From: Euprymna scolopes
Taxonomy: Eukaryota
NCBI GenBank assembly: GCA_053919585.1
Contig: JBSSHM010000319.1
Reading direction: 5' to 3' (one strand)
Length of the DNA: 58,254 bases
Shown here: positions 34,116 to 45,230 of the stretch, piece after piece
Layout of the letters: each line of letters begins with the position of its first letter
Position numbering within the stretch: position 1 is the first letter of the stretch
Program-made: the position numbers and the translations under genes
The notes under the pieces: model-generated
Database searches by the model: none
Told to the model about the DNA's origin: nothing
The model's input: only the letters and a program-made list of their open reading frames with translations

Positions 34116-34868
34116 ATGACAACTATTCCAAAACATACTGAAAAAAAGCTCGGACTAGTAATTGACCTTGATACCTGTGTAGGGTGTCATGCCTGCGTAG
34201 TGAATTGCAAAGAATGGAATACAAGTGGGCACATGGCACCATTAACCGATCTCAATCCACAGCAAGAAGATCCAGATGGTGTATGGTTTAATCGTGTACA
34301 TTCCTATGAGATTGCCCAAGAGATTAATGGTGAACAATTTAGTCAAACTGTTCATTTTCCAAAATCTTGCTTACACTGTGAAAATCCACCATGTGTAACC
34401 GTTTGTCCAACTGGTGCATCATACAAAAGAGATGAAGATGGCATTGTATTAGTCAATATGGATACTTGTATAGGTTGTAAACTCTGCTCATGGGCATGCC
34501 CCTACGGTGCTAGAGAGTTTGACCAAGTTGAAGGTGTCATGAAAAAATGCACCTTATGTGTGGATCGCATTTATAACCCTAATTTACCCGAAAGTAGCCG
34601 TGTACCTGCTTGTGTATCTACCTGCCCAGCAGGAGCAAGAAGCTTTGGTGACTTTAGTGATGAAAATTCAAAGGTTTCAACCCTAGTGAGAGAACGAGGA
34701 GGCTATGAGTTAATGCCTGAACAAGATTGTCAACCAGTAAATCGCTACTTACCTCCTCGCCCTAAACAACATCAACGAAAAGACAGTATTGCCCCACTCT
34801 CTCAAGCTGAAAGTAATACAGAAAAATTACTAAACCGCTGGGCAAAAAAACTGGCTCAAAACGCTTAA
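34116..34868 (+). CDS. soeB: 4Fe-4S subunit, SoeB-like
   Basis: Four Cys clusters: CVGCHAC...C, CLHC...C..VC, CIGCKLC...C and CTLC...C..TC. Confidence 0.87.
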   Translation: MTTIPKHTEKKLGLVIDLDTCVGCHACVVNCKEWNTSGHMAPLTDLNPQQEDPDGVWFNRVHSYEIAQEINGEQFSQTVHFPKSCLHCENPPCVTVCPTGASYKRDEDGIVLVNMDTCIGCKLCSWACPYGAREFDQVEGVMKKCTLCVDRIYNPNLPESSRVPACVSTCPAGARSFGDFSDENSKVSTLVRERGGYELMPEQDCQPVNRYLPPRPKQHQRKDSIAPLSQAESNTEKLLNRWAKKLAQNA

Positions 34869-34875
34869 ATTAATT

Positions 34876-35817
34876 ATGCATCCTGCCGCTTCCGTTATTC
34901 TTTTTACCACTAGCACTGGCTTTGGTTATGGTCTTTTGATATGGCTTAGTATAAGCTTAAATATCTCAGAATCTACCGCATTTACCCCTACTCAAATCCT
35001 AATTATTATTGGTACGGCATTATCGCTTATCAGTTTTGGATTAATCTCTTCAACATGGCATTTAGGACACCCTGAAAGAGCATGGCGAGCCATGAGCCAA
35101 TGGCGTACATCTTGGCTTTCACGTGAAGGAGTACTGGCTGTATTAGTTTACCCACCTGCCTTGCTTATGATGTACTATAGCTATTACTGGGAAGCCAACA
35201 TAGTTTCACTACTAAGCATTATTGTCGCACTATTAAGTATCATTACTGTTTATTGCACAGCCATGATTTATGCCTCATTAAAATCAATTCCAGCTTGGCA
35301 CAATCCGTGGACCATATCAGGATATCTACTTTATAGTCTTGCAACAGGCGGCGTATTATTTTATTTCTTTGCCTCCATCTTTTCTCTTGAGGGTTATTTT
35401 TTTTCAGGAGTCAATTCTCTCCTTACCTTGCTAGTAATTATTATCATTATTTCATTAATAAACAAGTTAATGTATTTCCGATATATTAAGAATAATGACA
35501 ATAAATATACAAAAGAAATGGCAGTAGGTTTAAAAGGTCAGATTAGCCCTCTAGACCCCCCGCATTCATCTGCAAACTACTTAATGAAGGAAATGGGCTT
35601 TGTGATTGCACGTAAGCAAGCTAATATTTTACGCCCTTTAGCGCTAATAGCTAGCTATATTGCACCAATTTTACTGATCAATCTTGTTAAGGCTAACCTC
35701 ATGCCATCCGTATTGCTAAGCACCATTGCCTTGATAAGTTGTGCAATTGGCATTGTTTCTGAACGCTACTTATTTTTTGCCGAAGCAAAACACGTTGTCA
35801 CCCTATACTATCGATAA
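34876..35817 (+). CDS. soeC: DmsC/NrfD-type membrane anchor, SoeC-like
   Basis: MHPA.SVI.FT, HLGHPERAWRA.SQWRTSWLSRE and ERYLFFAEAKHVVTLYY. Confidence 0.87.
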   Translation: MHPAASVILFTTSTGFGYGLLIWLSISLNISESTAFTPTQILIIIGTALSLISFGLISSTWHLGHPERAWRAMSQWRTSWLSREGVLAVLVYPPALLMMYYSYYWEANIVSLLSIIVALLSIITVYCTAMIYASLKSIPAWHNPWTISGYLLYSLATGGVLFYFFASIFSLEGYFFSGVNSLLTLLVIIIIISLINKLMYFRYIKNNDNKYTKEMAVGLKGQISPLDPPHSSANYLMKEMGFVIARKQANILRPLALIASYIAPILLINLVKANLMPSVLLSTIALISCAIGIVSERYLFFAEAKHVVTLYYR

Positions 35818-35842
35818 TCGTATCGTTAGTTTTTAGTCGCAT

Positions 35843-36280
35843 CTACTCTTTTTTTTGTACAATTTGAGTCTTACATAAAAAGTCTATCATACTTTTTTTA
35901 CCTTGATTAAAAAAGCAAGATAACCATGCAATAGGGGAAATTACACCCAATGCCATACGAATAACTACCTGTTTGTTACTAAGCTTTTTAGCTTGTAAAG
36001 TTGTTAATTCACTGTCCTCATCTATAAAATACAATTTCCATATATGCATAGCTGGAGTTTGCCCCTTATTCCAAAAATAACCATAATAGATGAGAATCCA
36101 ACATAAATAATAGATGCTATGCAACCATGCTGGTATGACTTTACTCAGCGACAAAGCATGTAAACTTAATACAAAAGCAAAACCAACAATAAACAGTAAG
36201 GCAACAACAAAAAACAAATCATAGAGTATACAAAGCAGACGTACCCATATTGGACACGGATGAAATCTCACCTCATTCAT
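35843..36280 (-). CDS. RDD-family membrane protein
   Basis: RL...LYD motif, YY.YFW..GQT and three TM segments. Confidence 0.75.
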   Translation of the reverse strand: MNEVRFHPCPIWVRLLCILYDLFFVVALLFIVGFAFVLSLHALSLSKVIPAWLHSIYYLCWILIYYGYFWNKGQTPAMHIWKLYFIDEDSELTTLQAKKLSNKQVVIRMALGVISPIAWLSCFFNQGKKSMIDFLCKTQIVQKKE

Positions 36281-36287
36281 TACTTAT

Positions 36288-37403
36288 TTACTTATCTATT
36301 TGTTGTACACCCTTCTCAGCTCGCAAATCATTAAATACAAAAAGATTCGAGAAGAAAAAATTAAAGCCCATTCCAAGCATAACACCAGTGATAAGGGCAA
36401 GAATTTTATAATTACTAAAAAAATCAATATTAGTCGTTAATAATATGTAACTACCAGAGTTAATAGCAAAACCAACAAGAGAACTGCATACAAAACGTAT
36501 CCATTGCTTTAATGGTTTATTTTGTGAGCGTTGATTAAAAGTAATACTGCGATTAAGCATCCAATTAGTGGTGACTGCAGGCCAAAAAGAAATCATGCGA
36601 GCCATCTGATGCTGTACCCCGAAATATTGCAGTGAGTAATAAAAAAATATATCCACTAAAAAACCAATGGAACCCACTCCACCAAACTGTACTAACTCAG
36701 CCCATGTTGCATATCGGTACTGATACAAACGACGCAAATGGCGAAGATAATTTAACTGCTCTTTAAAAGTTAGCTTACTCTCACCTTGGGTACGGTCCTG
36801 AAAGCCTATAGGATGCTCATAAATAGCATTAAAGCTTCCTTTAATTAAAATTTCTAAGGCAATTTTATAGCCAATAGGATTGAGTGTATGGATATCTGGC
36901 AAATCCTTTTTACGTAGTGCAAAAAAACCAGACATAGGATCACTAGCTTTTACCAATGGACGAGCTAAAATTGTTGCTACCCAAGAATTTAACCATCGCT
37001 TAAACCCCCAATCATCAGGAAGCGTTCCATCCTCTATATAACGTGATCCTAATACAAAATCATTATTTCCCATTTGCAATCTTTCGATCATAGGTAGCAC
37101 CGCACTAACTGGATGTGACATATCTGCATCCATCACCACAAGATACTCTCCTCGTGCTTGATAAAGCCCATCAATAACCGATTCCGAAAGTCCACGAACT
37201 TTATTATGACGAACGATAATTTCTACAGGCATCGACTGACTATACTCAGCAACAATCTCTTCACTACCATCTTGTGATACATCATCCATAATCAACACTT
37301 CATATACTAAATCATTGGAAGCATCCATTAACCCAGCAATAGTCTCCAGTAAAATAGGTAAATTTTTTACCTCCTGATAAGTAGGAATAATAAAGCTAAT
37401 CAC
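36288..37403 (-). CDS. GT2 polyprenol-phosphate mannosyltransferase-like protein fused to a C-terminal GtrA-like domain
   Basis: IIPTYQE, DDVSQDG, MDADMSH, GSRY, DPMSGFF and GESKL; C-terminal 'QFGGVGSIGFLVD...LNRSITF' 4-TM domain. Confidence 0.85.
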   Translation of the reverse strand: MISFIIPTYQEVKNLPILLETIAGLMDASNDLVYEVLIMDDVSQDGSEEIVAEYSQSMPVEIIVRHNKVRGLSESVIDGLYQARGEYLVVMDADMSHPVSAVLPMIERLQMGNNDFVLGSRYIEDGTLPDDWGFKRWLNSWVATILARPLVKASDPMSGFFALRKKDLPDIHTLNPIGYKIALEILIKGSFNAIYEHPIGFQDRTQGESKLTFKEQLNYLRHLRRLYQYRYATWAELVQFGGVGSIGFLVDIFFYYSLQYFGVQHQMARMISFWPAVTTNWMLNRSITFNQRSQNKPLKQWIRFVCSSLVGFAINSGSYILLTTNIDFFSNYKILALITGVMLGMGFNFFFSNLFVFNDLRAEKGVQQIDK

Positions 37404-38814
37404 GTCTATAAATATCTTCTATACGAACTATGTCATCCTCACCAAGATACGTACCATTTTGTATCTCAATAATCTGTAAGTCTTGATCCTGATCATTTGC
37501 TAAACGATGCACACTACCAAGTGGAATAAATGTCGATTGATTGGTGTGCAACTGAAATGTTTTTTCATCACACGTAACAGTTGCTGTACCATTCACCACT
37601 ACCCAATGCTCCGAACGATAACGATGCTTTTGCAACGATAGTTTTGCTTGAGGATAAACATGAATACGTTTAACCTTAAAAGTCTCACTTTCTATTAATA
37701 CCTCATACCATCCCCAAGGGCGATAACTCTGTGGTTGGACATGTGCCTTATCATTATCTATCTGCTTAAGGTAACTGACAATTTTTCCAACATCTTGTGT
37801 ACGATCCTTAGTGGTTACCAATACCGAATCTCTTGTATCCACCACCACCATATTTTCCATACCAAGCAAACTAACCAAACGAGTTTTACTATACACAAAA
37901 TTATTGCTTGAATCCACCGTAACCGCTTCACCTATTAAAGTATTGTTATCACTATCTTTAGGATAGAAATCCATCATCATATTAAATGATCCAACATCAC
38001 TCCAACCAGCCCTAAAGGGTATTAATGCCCCTTTTTCTGTATGCTCCATCACCGCATAATCAATGGATATATCCTCCACTTGATTAAACGTTTTACCCAA
38101 ACGAAAAAAATCCAAATCTCTTACTCCCTCAGCAATAGCATCACTCACCTGTTTCACTACATTTGGAATATATTTCTTTAGCTCACCCAACATAACCTTG
38201 GCATCAAACATAAAAATACCCGCATTCCAAAAATAATTTCCTTGCTCCATATATAATTTTGCTTTTTTGTTATCTGGTTTCTCAACAAAGCGATCAATTT
38301 TTAATACTTCTTGTGGCATCTTTTTAGATAAAGGCTCTGTGCATTGAATATACCCATATCCAGTTTCTGGACAGGTAGGTTGTACACCAAATGTAACAAT
38401 ATATCCCTCTTCTGCTACCCTTTCAGCCTGTCCTATAGCCTGATTAAAAGTTAAAATATTCTCTATATAATGGTCAGAGGGCAAAACTAATAAATTATTA
38501 TCAATCTCTTCATTTCTTAACACAAATTCACAAGCCATAGCAATCGCTGCCGTAGTATTACGTGCACTTGGCTCTAATATAATATGTGCATGAACACCTA
38601 TTTCAGCAAGTTGATGTGCAACAATAAAACGATGATTCTCATTAGTTAAGCAGATTAAATTTTGCAAAGAATGTGATTGATGTAATCGCTTGATTGTTTG
38701 CTGGAATAAAGACAACTCCTCATCTAATAGATTAAGATACTGTTTAGGATACTGGGTACGTGAAAGTGGCCATAAACGAGAGCCTATACCACCACAAAGA
38801 ATGACTGGAGTCAT
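37396..38814 (-). CDS. manC: Mannose-1-phosphate guanylyltransferase/mannose-6-phosphate isomerase
   Basis: ILCGG.GSRLWPLSR..YPKQ, PETGYGYI, FVEKP, WSDVGS and C-terminal cupin RPWG...HR.RSEHW. Confidence 0.93.
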   Translation of the reverse strand: MTPVILCGGIGSRLWPLSRTQYPKQYLNLLDEELSLFQQTIKRLHQSHSLQNLICLTNENHRFIVAHQLAEIGVHAHIILEPSARNTTAAIAMACEFVLRNEEIDNNLLVLPSDHYIENILTFNQAIGQAERVAEEGYIVTFGVQPTCPETGYGYIQCTEPLSKKMPQEVLKIDRFVEKPDNKKAKLYMEQGNYFWNAGIFMFDAKVMLGELKKYIPNVVKQVSDAIAEGVRDLDFFRLGKTFNQVEDISIDYAVMEHTEKGALIPFRAGWSDVGSFNMMMDFYPKDSDNNTLIGEAVTVDSSNNFVYSKTRLVSLLGMENMVVVDTRDSVLVTTKDRTQDVGKIVSYLKQIDNDKAHVQPQSYRPWGWYEVLIESETFKVKRIHVYPQAKLSLQKHRYRSEHWVVVNGTATVTCDEKTFQLHTNQSTFIPLGSVHRLANDQDQDLQIIEIQNGTYLGEDDIVRIEDIYRRD

Positions 38815-38817
38815 GGA

Positions 38818-39102
38818 TTAATTTTCTATTTTTTCATTAATATGTTCAACACGCAACTCATTAAATTCAATAAAATTCAGCACATGCTGATGTATCTCAG
38901 GAAAATTCTGACATAACGTTTCATCAAGCAAAAGACAACGCTCATTGTCAACCATAACAGGGTAAAGATAATCACAATACTGCATTCGATGATCTTCATC
39001 AAAACTTGCTACTACCGAGCACAATCGATCAATCCAATCACTTGGGCGAAATTTATTTCCCTCTACAGTAACGCCTTTAATTAATATCTTTTTTGTTTTC
39101 AA
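38818..39102 (-). CDS. DUF3579-like small protein
   Basis: GVT.EG.KFRPSDW.DRL motif. Confidence 0.75.
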   Translation of the reverse strand: MKTKKILIKGVTVEGNKFRPSDWIDRLCSVVASFDEDHRMQYCDYLYPVMVDNERCLLLDETLCQNFPEIHQHVLNFIEFNELRVEHINEKIEN

Positions 39103-39557
39103 CTTATATTAATATTAATAGAGAACAAGCCTATGGTGATGCTGTGATAGATAATCATATAAACTTATCAGAAAAATATACTATCAATTCTATTTACAAT
39201 TGTTTAAAAAACCATCATCTACATAAAAAGATAAATTATCTCACAAAAATCCAACTCTGTAAAACTTATGTATGCTTGCCATGTGATGTTGCAGCGTAAC
39301 TGATGGTTTTACAACAACCGTAATCTATAGTACAATTACTAGGTTTCTCCATGCTTTTATATAAAAACGAGAAGTTCAATTGTACTTTATCCCTTAAAAG
39401 GATAAAATCCTAATTCTACTTTTATACGTTTATAAATAAAGGTGAGGTTCGGAGGAGTATCTTTTGAACAAAAAGGTACTTTATATTGTGTCTCTGTAAG
39501 CAATCGCGGTACACAATATTTTAATTATGTAGATTGCTTAATTTATTTTAAATTACC

Positions 39558-39824
39558 ATGCTATCCATTGAAGAAAAAGCTACGATTACTGCAGAGTATG
39601 CTACTCACGAAGGTGATACAGGTTCTCCTGAAGTGCAAATTGCCCTACTTACTGCTAATATTAAGCACCTGACTGAGCATTTTAAAGTTCATAAAAAAGA
39701 CCATCACTCAAGACAAGGACTATTAAGACAGGTTAGTCGCCGTAGAAAACTATTACGTTATTTACAGAAAAAAAGTCCTGCTAAATATATCCAGCTTATT
39801 AGCCGCTTAGGACTAAGAAAATAA
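39558..39824 (+). CDS. rpsO: 30S ribosomal protein S15
   Basis: [23 protein letters not shown] and LGLRK. Confidence 0.98.
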   Translation: MLSIEEKATITAEYATHEGDTGSPEVQIALLTANIKHLTEHFKVHKKDHHSRQGLLRQVSRRRKLLRYLQKKSPAKYIQLISRLGLRK

Positions 39825-39950
39825 ACTTAGTGAGTCATTTGGCTAGACTACTACACATTAGAACTCTCATTAACTATAAACTTTAGTTATGCGTGAAAGC
39901 TATCTAAAACTATTTGTGAGTTCTTTCTTTTTAAATTTATCTGATTCATT

Positions 39951-42044
39951 ATGTTTACTATTACAGAAAAAAGTTTTCCTTATGGAAAACACCAAGTTAC
40001 TTTAACCACCGGTAAAATTGCACGACAAGCCACAGGAGCTGTTGAAGTGGCGATGGGTGACACTGTTGTCCTAGTTACCGCTGTGGTAGCTAAAGAGGCC
40101 AAGCCTGAGCAAAATTTCTTTCCTCTTACTGTCCACTACCAAGAAAAAACCTACGCAGCAGGAAGGATTCCAGGGAGCTTTTTTCGTCGTGAAGCACGTC
40201 CATCTGAAAAAGAGACATTACTATCACGTTTAATTGATCGCCCTATCAGACCTCTCTTCCCTAAAGGTTTTTATAATGAAATACTACTAATGGCACAAGT
40301 CATTTCTTTAGATGAGAATATCCCAACAGAAGTCCCTGCCATGATTGGTGCCTCCGCCGCTCTTGCCTTAACAGGAGCACCTTTTGAAGGTCCTATTGGT
40401 GCTGCTAAAGTTGGCTATATTGATGGTCAGTTTATACTTAATCCTTCACCTGAAGAATTCAAAAAATCAGATTTGGACTTATCCGTTGCTGGTACCAAGG
40501 AAGCGGTTTTGATGGTTGAATCAGAGGCAAATCAATTACCAGAAAATATCATGCTGGAAGCAGTGATGTTTGGTCATCAACAAATGCAAGTGATTATTGA
40601 TAATATTAACGACTTAGTCGATGAAGCTGGCAAACCTAAATGGAATTGGCAAGCACCAGAAAAAAATGAAACACTACAACAAGCCATCAATGCTTCTGCA
40701 CGACAAAAAATATCCGATGCGTATATGATTACCGATAAACAGGAGCGTCTACAAGCCATGCGTGAAGTAAGAAAATGCATCACAGAAACCTTGCAAAACG
40801 AATTCGGTGAAGAAACCAGCAAAGAGGTCATTGAAAGCGAAATTTCCTCATTAGAAAAAAGTATAATCAGAAATCGTGTAATTGCTGGTGAACCACGTAT
40901 TGATGGCAGAAATAATGAAACAGTTCGCCCCATAGAATGTGAAGTTGGACTCTATCCAAAAGTACATGGAACAGCGTTATTTACTCGTGGTGAAACTCAA
41001 GCTTTTGTTGCCATTACCCTCGGTACAGATCGTGATGCACAAATGATTGATGATTTAGAAGGAAAATACGATGATAAATTTTTATTTCATTACAACTTTC
41101 CTCCCTACTCTGTTGGTGAATGTGGACGAGTCATGGGTCCAGGTAGACGAGAAATTGGACATGGAAAATTAGCTAAACGTGGCGTACAAGCTGTTATGCC
41201 AAGTGAAGAATCTTTTCCCTATGTTATCCGAGCAGTCTCTGAAATCACCGAATCCAATGGTTCAAGCTCCATGGCATCAGTATGTGGTTCATCCCTAGCG
41301 ATGATGGATGCCGGAATACCGATTTCTTCAGCCGTCTCAGGCATTGCTATGGGACTCATTAAAGAAGGAGATGAATACGTTGTCCTTTCAGATATTCTGG
41401 GCGATGAAGACCATCTAGGCGACATGGATTTTAAAGTAGCCGGTACAGCAAAAGGCATCACTGCTTTACAAATGGATATTAAAATCCAAGGGATTACCGA
41501 AGAAATTATGCAACAAGCATTAAAGCAAGCCAATGCAGGTAGAATGCATATCCTTGAACAGATGGCAAAAGCGATTTCAACACCACGTGATACCCTATCC
41601 CCTTATGCACCTCGTATGACAAATATTACCGTACCAACAGATAAAATTGGTGATGTTATTGGTAAAGGTGGCTCAACTATCCGCTCCATACAAGAAGAAA
41701 CCGGTGCGGCAATTGATATTAATGATGATGGCGTCATCACTATTTCAACCAATAATCAAGAAGCTGCTGATAAAGCAATGAGTATTATTGAAAACCTTAC
41801 TAAAGATATTGAAGTAAATGAAATCTATGAAGGTAAAGTCATTAAAATCGTTGATTTTGGAGCTTTTATCTCACTATCCCCCAATAAAGATGGTTTGCTC
41901 CATATCTCAGAAATTGATCATTCACGAGTGCAAAATGTGGAAGATCATATTAGCGAAGGTGATATTGTTAAAGTAAAAGTCATCAATATTGATCGCCAAG
42001 GAAAAATTCGTCTTTCACGCAAGGCATTGCTAGAAGAAAAATAA
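39951..42044 (+). CDS. pnp: Polyribonucleotide nucleotidyltransferase
   Basis: [38 protein letters not shown] (IGKGG) and S1 domains. Confidence 0.98.
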   Translation: MFTITEKSFPYGKHQVTLTTGKIARQATGAVEVAMGDTVVLVTAVVAKEAKPEQNFFPLTVHYQEKTYAAGRIPGSFFRREARPSEKETLLSRLIDRPIRPLFPKGFYNEILLMAQVISLDENIPTEVPAMIGASAALALTGAPFEGPIGAAKVGYIDGQFILNPSPEEFKKSDLDLSVAGTKEAVLMVESEANQLPENIMLEAVMFGHQQMQVIIDNINDLVDEAGKPKWNWQAPEKNETLQQAINASARQKISDAYMITDKQERLQAMREVRKCITETLQNEFGEETSKEVIESEISSLEKSIIRNRVIAGEPRIDGRNNETVRPIECEVGLYPKVHGTALFTRGETQAFVAITLGTDRDAQMIDDLEGKYDDKFLFHYNFPPYSVGECGRVMGPGRREIGHGKLAKRGVQAVMPSEESFPYVIRAVSEITESNGSSSMASVCGSSLAMMDAGIPISSAVSGIAMGLIKEGDEYVVLSDILGDEDHLGDMDFKVAGTAKGITALQMDIKIQGITEEIMQQALKQANAGRMHILEQMAKAISTPRDTLSPYAPRMTNITVPTDKIGDVIGKGGSTIRSIQEETGAAIDINDDGVITISTNNQEAADKAMSIIENLTKDIEVNEIYEGKVIKIVDFGAFISLSPNKDGLLHISEIDHSRVQNVEDHISEGDIVKVKVINIDRQGKIRLSRKALLEEK

Positions 42045-42104
42045 ACTATTTCTTTTATATATATCAATAAAAAGTAATTAAGGTTGATTAGCTAAAAACA
42101 CCCT

Positions 42105-42905
42105 ATGATTTACCCATCATTTGATCCTATTGCGATTAGCTTCGGACCTATCAATATTGGCTGGTATGGATTAATGTACCTTTTTGGCTTCGCTGGTGGC
42201 TGGATAATGGGCAGGCAACAATGCAAGCGGAAACATAGCCAATGGACTGCACTAATGGTTGATGATGTAGTATTCTATGCTGCACTCGGGGCCATCCTAG
42301 GGGGACGAATTGGTTATGTACTTTTCTACAATTTTGGCTACTATCTCCACAATCCTCTTGAGATCATACAAATTTGGAATGGTGGAATGTCTTTTCATGG
42401 TGGTTTGCTTGGAGTCATTTTTGCGATGTGGATATTCGCTAGGAAATACAAACTATCCTTTTTTACCATTAGTGATTTCGTTGCACCATGCGTTGCACCA
42501 GGTTTGGCATTTGGTCGGTTCGGGAATTTCATCAATAGCGAACTTTGGGGGAAAATAACCAATTCCCCTCTTGGCATGATGATGTATGATCGTCAACTGG
42601 ATGCTTTAGTCAAACGCTATCCCACACAATTACTTGAATCGCTATTAGAGGGAATTCTACTCGGCATTATTCTATGGATAGCTGGAAAAAAACAAAAACC
42701 AACCATGTTTATCTCTGGGCTATTTCTTATACTCTATGGCACATTCCGTAGCTTTGCTGAATTATTTAGAATGCCAGACTCTCATATTGGTTACCTATTA
42801 GGAGGATGGGTTACAATGGGACACATACTCAGCTTACCAATGATTGCCTTTGGACTCATACTTATCTTTATTGCCTATAGTAAAAATAGCAAAGAACATT
42901 CCTAA
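42105..42905 (+). CDS. lgt: Prolipoprotein diacylglyceryl transferase
   Basis: WYGLMY, GGRIGY, GMSFHGG and GRFGNFINSELWG. Confidence 0.96.
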   Translation: MIYPSFDPIAISFGPINIGWYGLMYLFGFAGGWIMGRQQCKRKHSQWTALMVDDVVFYAALGAILGGRIGYVLFYNFGYYLHNPLEIIQIWNGGMSFHGGLLGVIFAMWIFARKYKLSFFTISDFVAPCVAPGLAFGRFGNFINSELWGKITNSPLGMMMYDRQLDALVKRYPTQLLESLLEGILLGIILWIAGKKQKPTMFISGLFLILYGTFRSFAELFRMPDSHIGYLLGGWVTMGHILSLPMIAFGLILIFIAYSKNSKEHS

Positions 42906-42917
42906 TGCTAAACACTC

Positions 42918-43712
42918 ATGAAGCAATACTTAACCCTGCTAAAAGATATTGTTGAACACGGGAAATTCAAAGAGGATCGCACTGGAGTTGGAACATACAG
43001 TATTTTCGGTTCCCAGCGACGTTTTGATTTATCTCACTCATTCCCCTGCTTAACAACTAAAAAAATTCATTTCAAATCAGTTGTATACGAATTGTTGTGG
43101 ATGCTAAAAGGACATAGCAATATTCACTATCTACAAGAAAATGGCATTACCATCTGGGATGAATGGGCAGATAAAAACGGTGATTTAGGTCCAGTTTACG
43201 GTAAACAATGGCGAAGTTGGGACAATGGTCAATCTGCACCGATTGATCAAATCTCCAATCTCATTGATTCCATTAAAAACAACCCAAACTCACGCCGACA
43301 TATTGTCTCAGCTTGGAACCCTTCTCAGCTTGAGCAAATGGCTCTCCCCCCTTGCCATTTACTTTTTCAATTTTATGTAGAAAACAAACAATTAAGTTGC
43401 CAACTCTATCAACGATCTGCCGATATTTTTCTTGGCATTCCATTCAATATCTCAAGCTACTCACTATTAACCTGTATGATTGCTCATGTATGCAATCTTA
43501 AACCTGCTGAATTTATCTGGACAGGTGGTGATATACACCTATACCAAAACCATCTTGAACAAGCAAAACAACAACTCTCTCGCACCCCAACCGCTCTACC
43601 ACAGCTCGAACTTAATCCAAAAATCACTAATTTATTTGACTTTGACTACGCTGATATTAAGCTAACCAACTACCAACCTCAAGCTCATATCCCTGCACCC
43701 ATTGCTGTATAA
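42918..43712 (+). CDS. thyA: Thymidylate synthase
   Basis: [24 protein letters not shown] and YQRSAD.FLG.PFN. Confidence 0.97.
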   Translation: MKQYLTLLKDIVEHGKFKEDRTGVGTYSIFGSQRRFDLSHSFPCLTTKKIHFKSVVYELLWMLKGHSNIHYLQENGITIWDEWADKNGDLGPVYGKQWRSWDNGQSAPIDQISNLIDSIKNNPNSRRHIVSAWNPSQLEQMALPPCHLLFQFYVENKQLSCQLYQRSADIFLGIPFNISSYSLLTCMIAHVCNLKPAEFIWTGGDIHLYQNHLEQAKQQLSRTPTALPQLELNPKITNLFDFDYADIKLTNYQPQAHIPAPIAV

Positions 43713-43723
43713 CTTAACACATC

Positions 43724-44223
43724 ATGTCTAAACCTCGCATTGCAGTCATTGCCGCAATAGCAAACAACCATGCTATTGGTAAAGACAATCAACTGCTCTG
43801 GCATTTACCTAAAGACTTTCAATTTTTCAAAAAACACACGCAAAACAAAAGTCCTCATCATGGGGAAAAATACTTGGTTATCACTGCCAATTAAACCACT
43901 CCCTCTACGACACAACATCATCCTATCAAACACACTCAATATTCATAAACCTAACGTAACAAGCTGCCAGCATATCCAAGATATCCCTTGGGATATGAAT
44001 AAAGAAAATATGATTATTGGTGGTGCCTCACTATATAAATATTTCCTACCCTATAGCGACACTCTCTATCTCACACACGTTAATACGAACCCAAAAGCTG
44101 ATACTTTCTTTCCAAACCATCGATTTTTCTCAATGGCAACAAAGCTACATTGAGCATCATCAAGCTGATGATGCTCACCAATTTGATTTTAGCTGTGCTA
44201 TCTATCAAAAACTAACAAAATAA
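43724..44223 (+). CDS. folA: Dihydrofolate reductase, interrupted by two one-base frameshifts
   Basis: ATG at 43724 reads MSKPRIAVIAAIANNHAIGKDNQLLWHLPKDFQFFK. It shifts in the A run near 43847-43850 into VLIMGKNTW...IIGGASLY...DTFFP, then near 44114-44116 into TIDFSQW... Confidence 0.88.
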
Positions 44224-44549
44224 GAACTTTTTAGTATTCATCTGTTTGGTAACTTATAGAATGTTTTAAGTCTAAGTTGTTGATTGTTTAACAGCTTATT
44301 GTTAATGCCTTCACAAAATTTAAACTCTATATTTGAGTTCTACCATTGAACTTGTGATACAACATCATAAATGTAACCCTTCACAGTAATCCAAAAAATC
44401 CCTTTCAATGTAAAAAATAAATAAATATTAACAAGTACCCTAGTGCAATCAAAGAATATCAATACTTAAAAAAACCAGAGAGCCAATACATTCATAAATT
44501 AATTTAAAACCTATTAAACTTAAACCACAGGTGAGAAATATTACCTATG

Positions 44550-45007
44550 GAGACTTTTGCATAAAACCTTTTTTTGAGTTCTTTTTGTTAATTTTTGTTA
44601 AATATTGGCTGTATTAAACCTAAATTAATGACTTATTTGCTGATTTTTCGTGAAATTGCCTGTTTTCAGGCACACCTACCTATAATACCCCCCCAAAAAA
44701 AGCATCAAACATAGCTCATCTTATTGCTTGCCTTGATAAGGTTTAAGCATATGGCTTTGAGTAAGCTCTGTCCTTGTACTTTGTCTAATCCAAAATAACT
44801 AGCACGTTGGAATTGTAGTCTTCTTTTAAGCGTGCCAAAGCTTTGTTCAATTACCCAACGTTTGTCTTGAATAGCTTGGTTGTGGCGTTTTTGTTTCTTA
44901 GTGAGTGCTTGGTTTCCTTTAGCCCTGCTCATGATACCATCTTCAAGATTATTCTTTGATAAAGCTTGTCGATTATCTTGACTATCATAGCCTTTATCTG
45001 CCAAAAC
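44550..45007 (-). mobile_element. Truncated IS5-family (IS1106-like) element: 3' part of the transposase plus one terminal inverted repeat
   Basis: 44705..45004 encodes ADKGYDS...R.VIEQSFGTLKR...A.YFGL.KV..Q..LKA.CLNL.KA. GAGACTTTTGCATAAA at 44550 resembles the IS1106-type end. An in-frame stop lies just upstream of VLADKGY. Confidence 0.85.
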
Positions 45008-45184
45008 TTAAGTTCGTGCTGTTGCCGATTCATTGCATTAATAAGTTTTTCTACATATCAATTTAATTAAAATATTGAATTAATAAGTTGATTTCACGTC
45101 TTAGTAAGAAACGCATTAAGATTCCAGCCCTACGAGAGATATTTATTGAAAAAAAACAGCTGTAAATTTAATAGCAAATATTGC

Positions 45185-45226
45185 AAAGTGTTGCATTAAA
45201 TAATAAATTAACGCAACACTTTTTTT
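45185..45226 (+). terminator. Inverted repeat followed by a T run; terminator-like or operator
   Basis: AAAGTGTTGCATTAA (45185-45199) pairs with TTAACGCAACACTTT (45208-45222) with one mismatch and runs into further Ts. Confidence 0.45.
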
Positions 45227-45230
45227 AAAT

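Noticed and set aside
39093-39672. ORFs 39093..39299 and 39442..39672 as real genes
   Set aside because: Non-ATG starts in AT-rich intergenic DNA with no motifs; the second overlaps rpsO out of frame.
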